DNA of 64,000 bases from Camelus dromedarius (Eukaryota). The position numbers and the translations under genes were made by a program. The notes beneath the pieces are model-generated. The model searched no databases. It was not told the DNA's origin and was given only the letters and a program-made list of their open reading frames with translations. The first letter of the stretch is position 1; each line of letters begins with the position of its first letter. The stretch is from positions 88,352,001-88,416,000 of the forward strand of contig NC_087437.1 of NCBI RefSeq assembly GCF_036321535.1, read 5' to 3'. This document shows positions 63,531-64,000 of this stretch, one piece after another.

Positions 63531-64000
63531 CCCATACTTAAAACCATTTATATTGTATATACTGCTTCCTTGAGCTGAAGGAGTCTCACTAACAGAAAGA
63601 ATGAGAATAAAGTTGGAGAATGGTGTTCTAGTCCTAAGCCTGCTATTATTTAACTTTGTGTCTTTAATGTCTTCATAAAATGATGGGATTCTATGGTTTT
63701 TAAACCACATTCATGAAAGCCATAGAATCTGGGCCATCATTTGGGAGAGGGATGGAGAAAGAAACGGGCTGACACAGTTGGGCTCCAAGACTTGTAACTA
63801 TTTTATAGATTGGGATTTCAAATAAGAGTTGGTTCCACTGCTTAAAGACACTTGAAGTCACTAGATAATCTTCAAAGTCCCATTCTGGTTTAATCTTGAT
63901 TTATGATTGTAAGGTATTCTTACATGGTCCTAGATGAGTAGTGTTGAACTGATATTTTTTGATTTCCTTTAATGTTTTGCCTCTCCCCTGGAGGCTTCTG

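Overview
AT-rich mammalian genomic DNA, probably camelid judging from the L1 3' ends. It carries many interspersed repeats (L1, L2, MIR, MLT/ERVL and ERV1 solo LTRs, Tigger, MER5 and Charlie-like DNA transposons) and one CpG island at ~2.26-2.68 kb. I find no intact protein-coding gene, tRNA, rRNA or CRISPR array. The main hidden structure is a series of about 13-16 exon-sized, mostly AG/GT-bounded segments on the minus strand from ~61.1 kb down to ~2.1 kb. Their translations contain stops and frameshifts but align by eye, in colinear order, to successive parts of the multi-RGS-domain proteins RGSL1 and RGS22. Those reference sequences are recalled from memory and no search was run. Similarity is far too low for the camelid ortholog of either gene, so I interpret the series as an intron-containing, long-dead pseudogene of a third RGS22/RGSL1-family gene. 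The CpG island sits inside its 3' part and looks like a bidirectional promoter.
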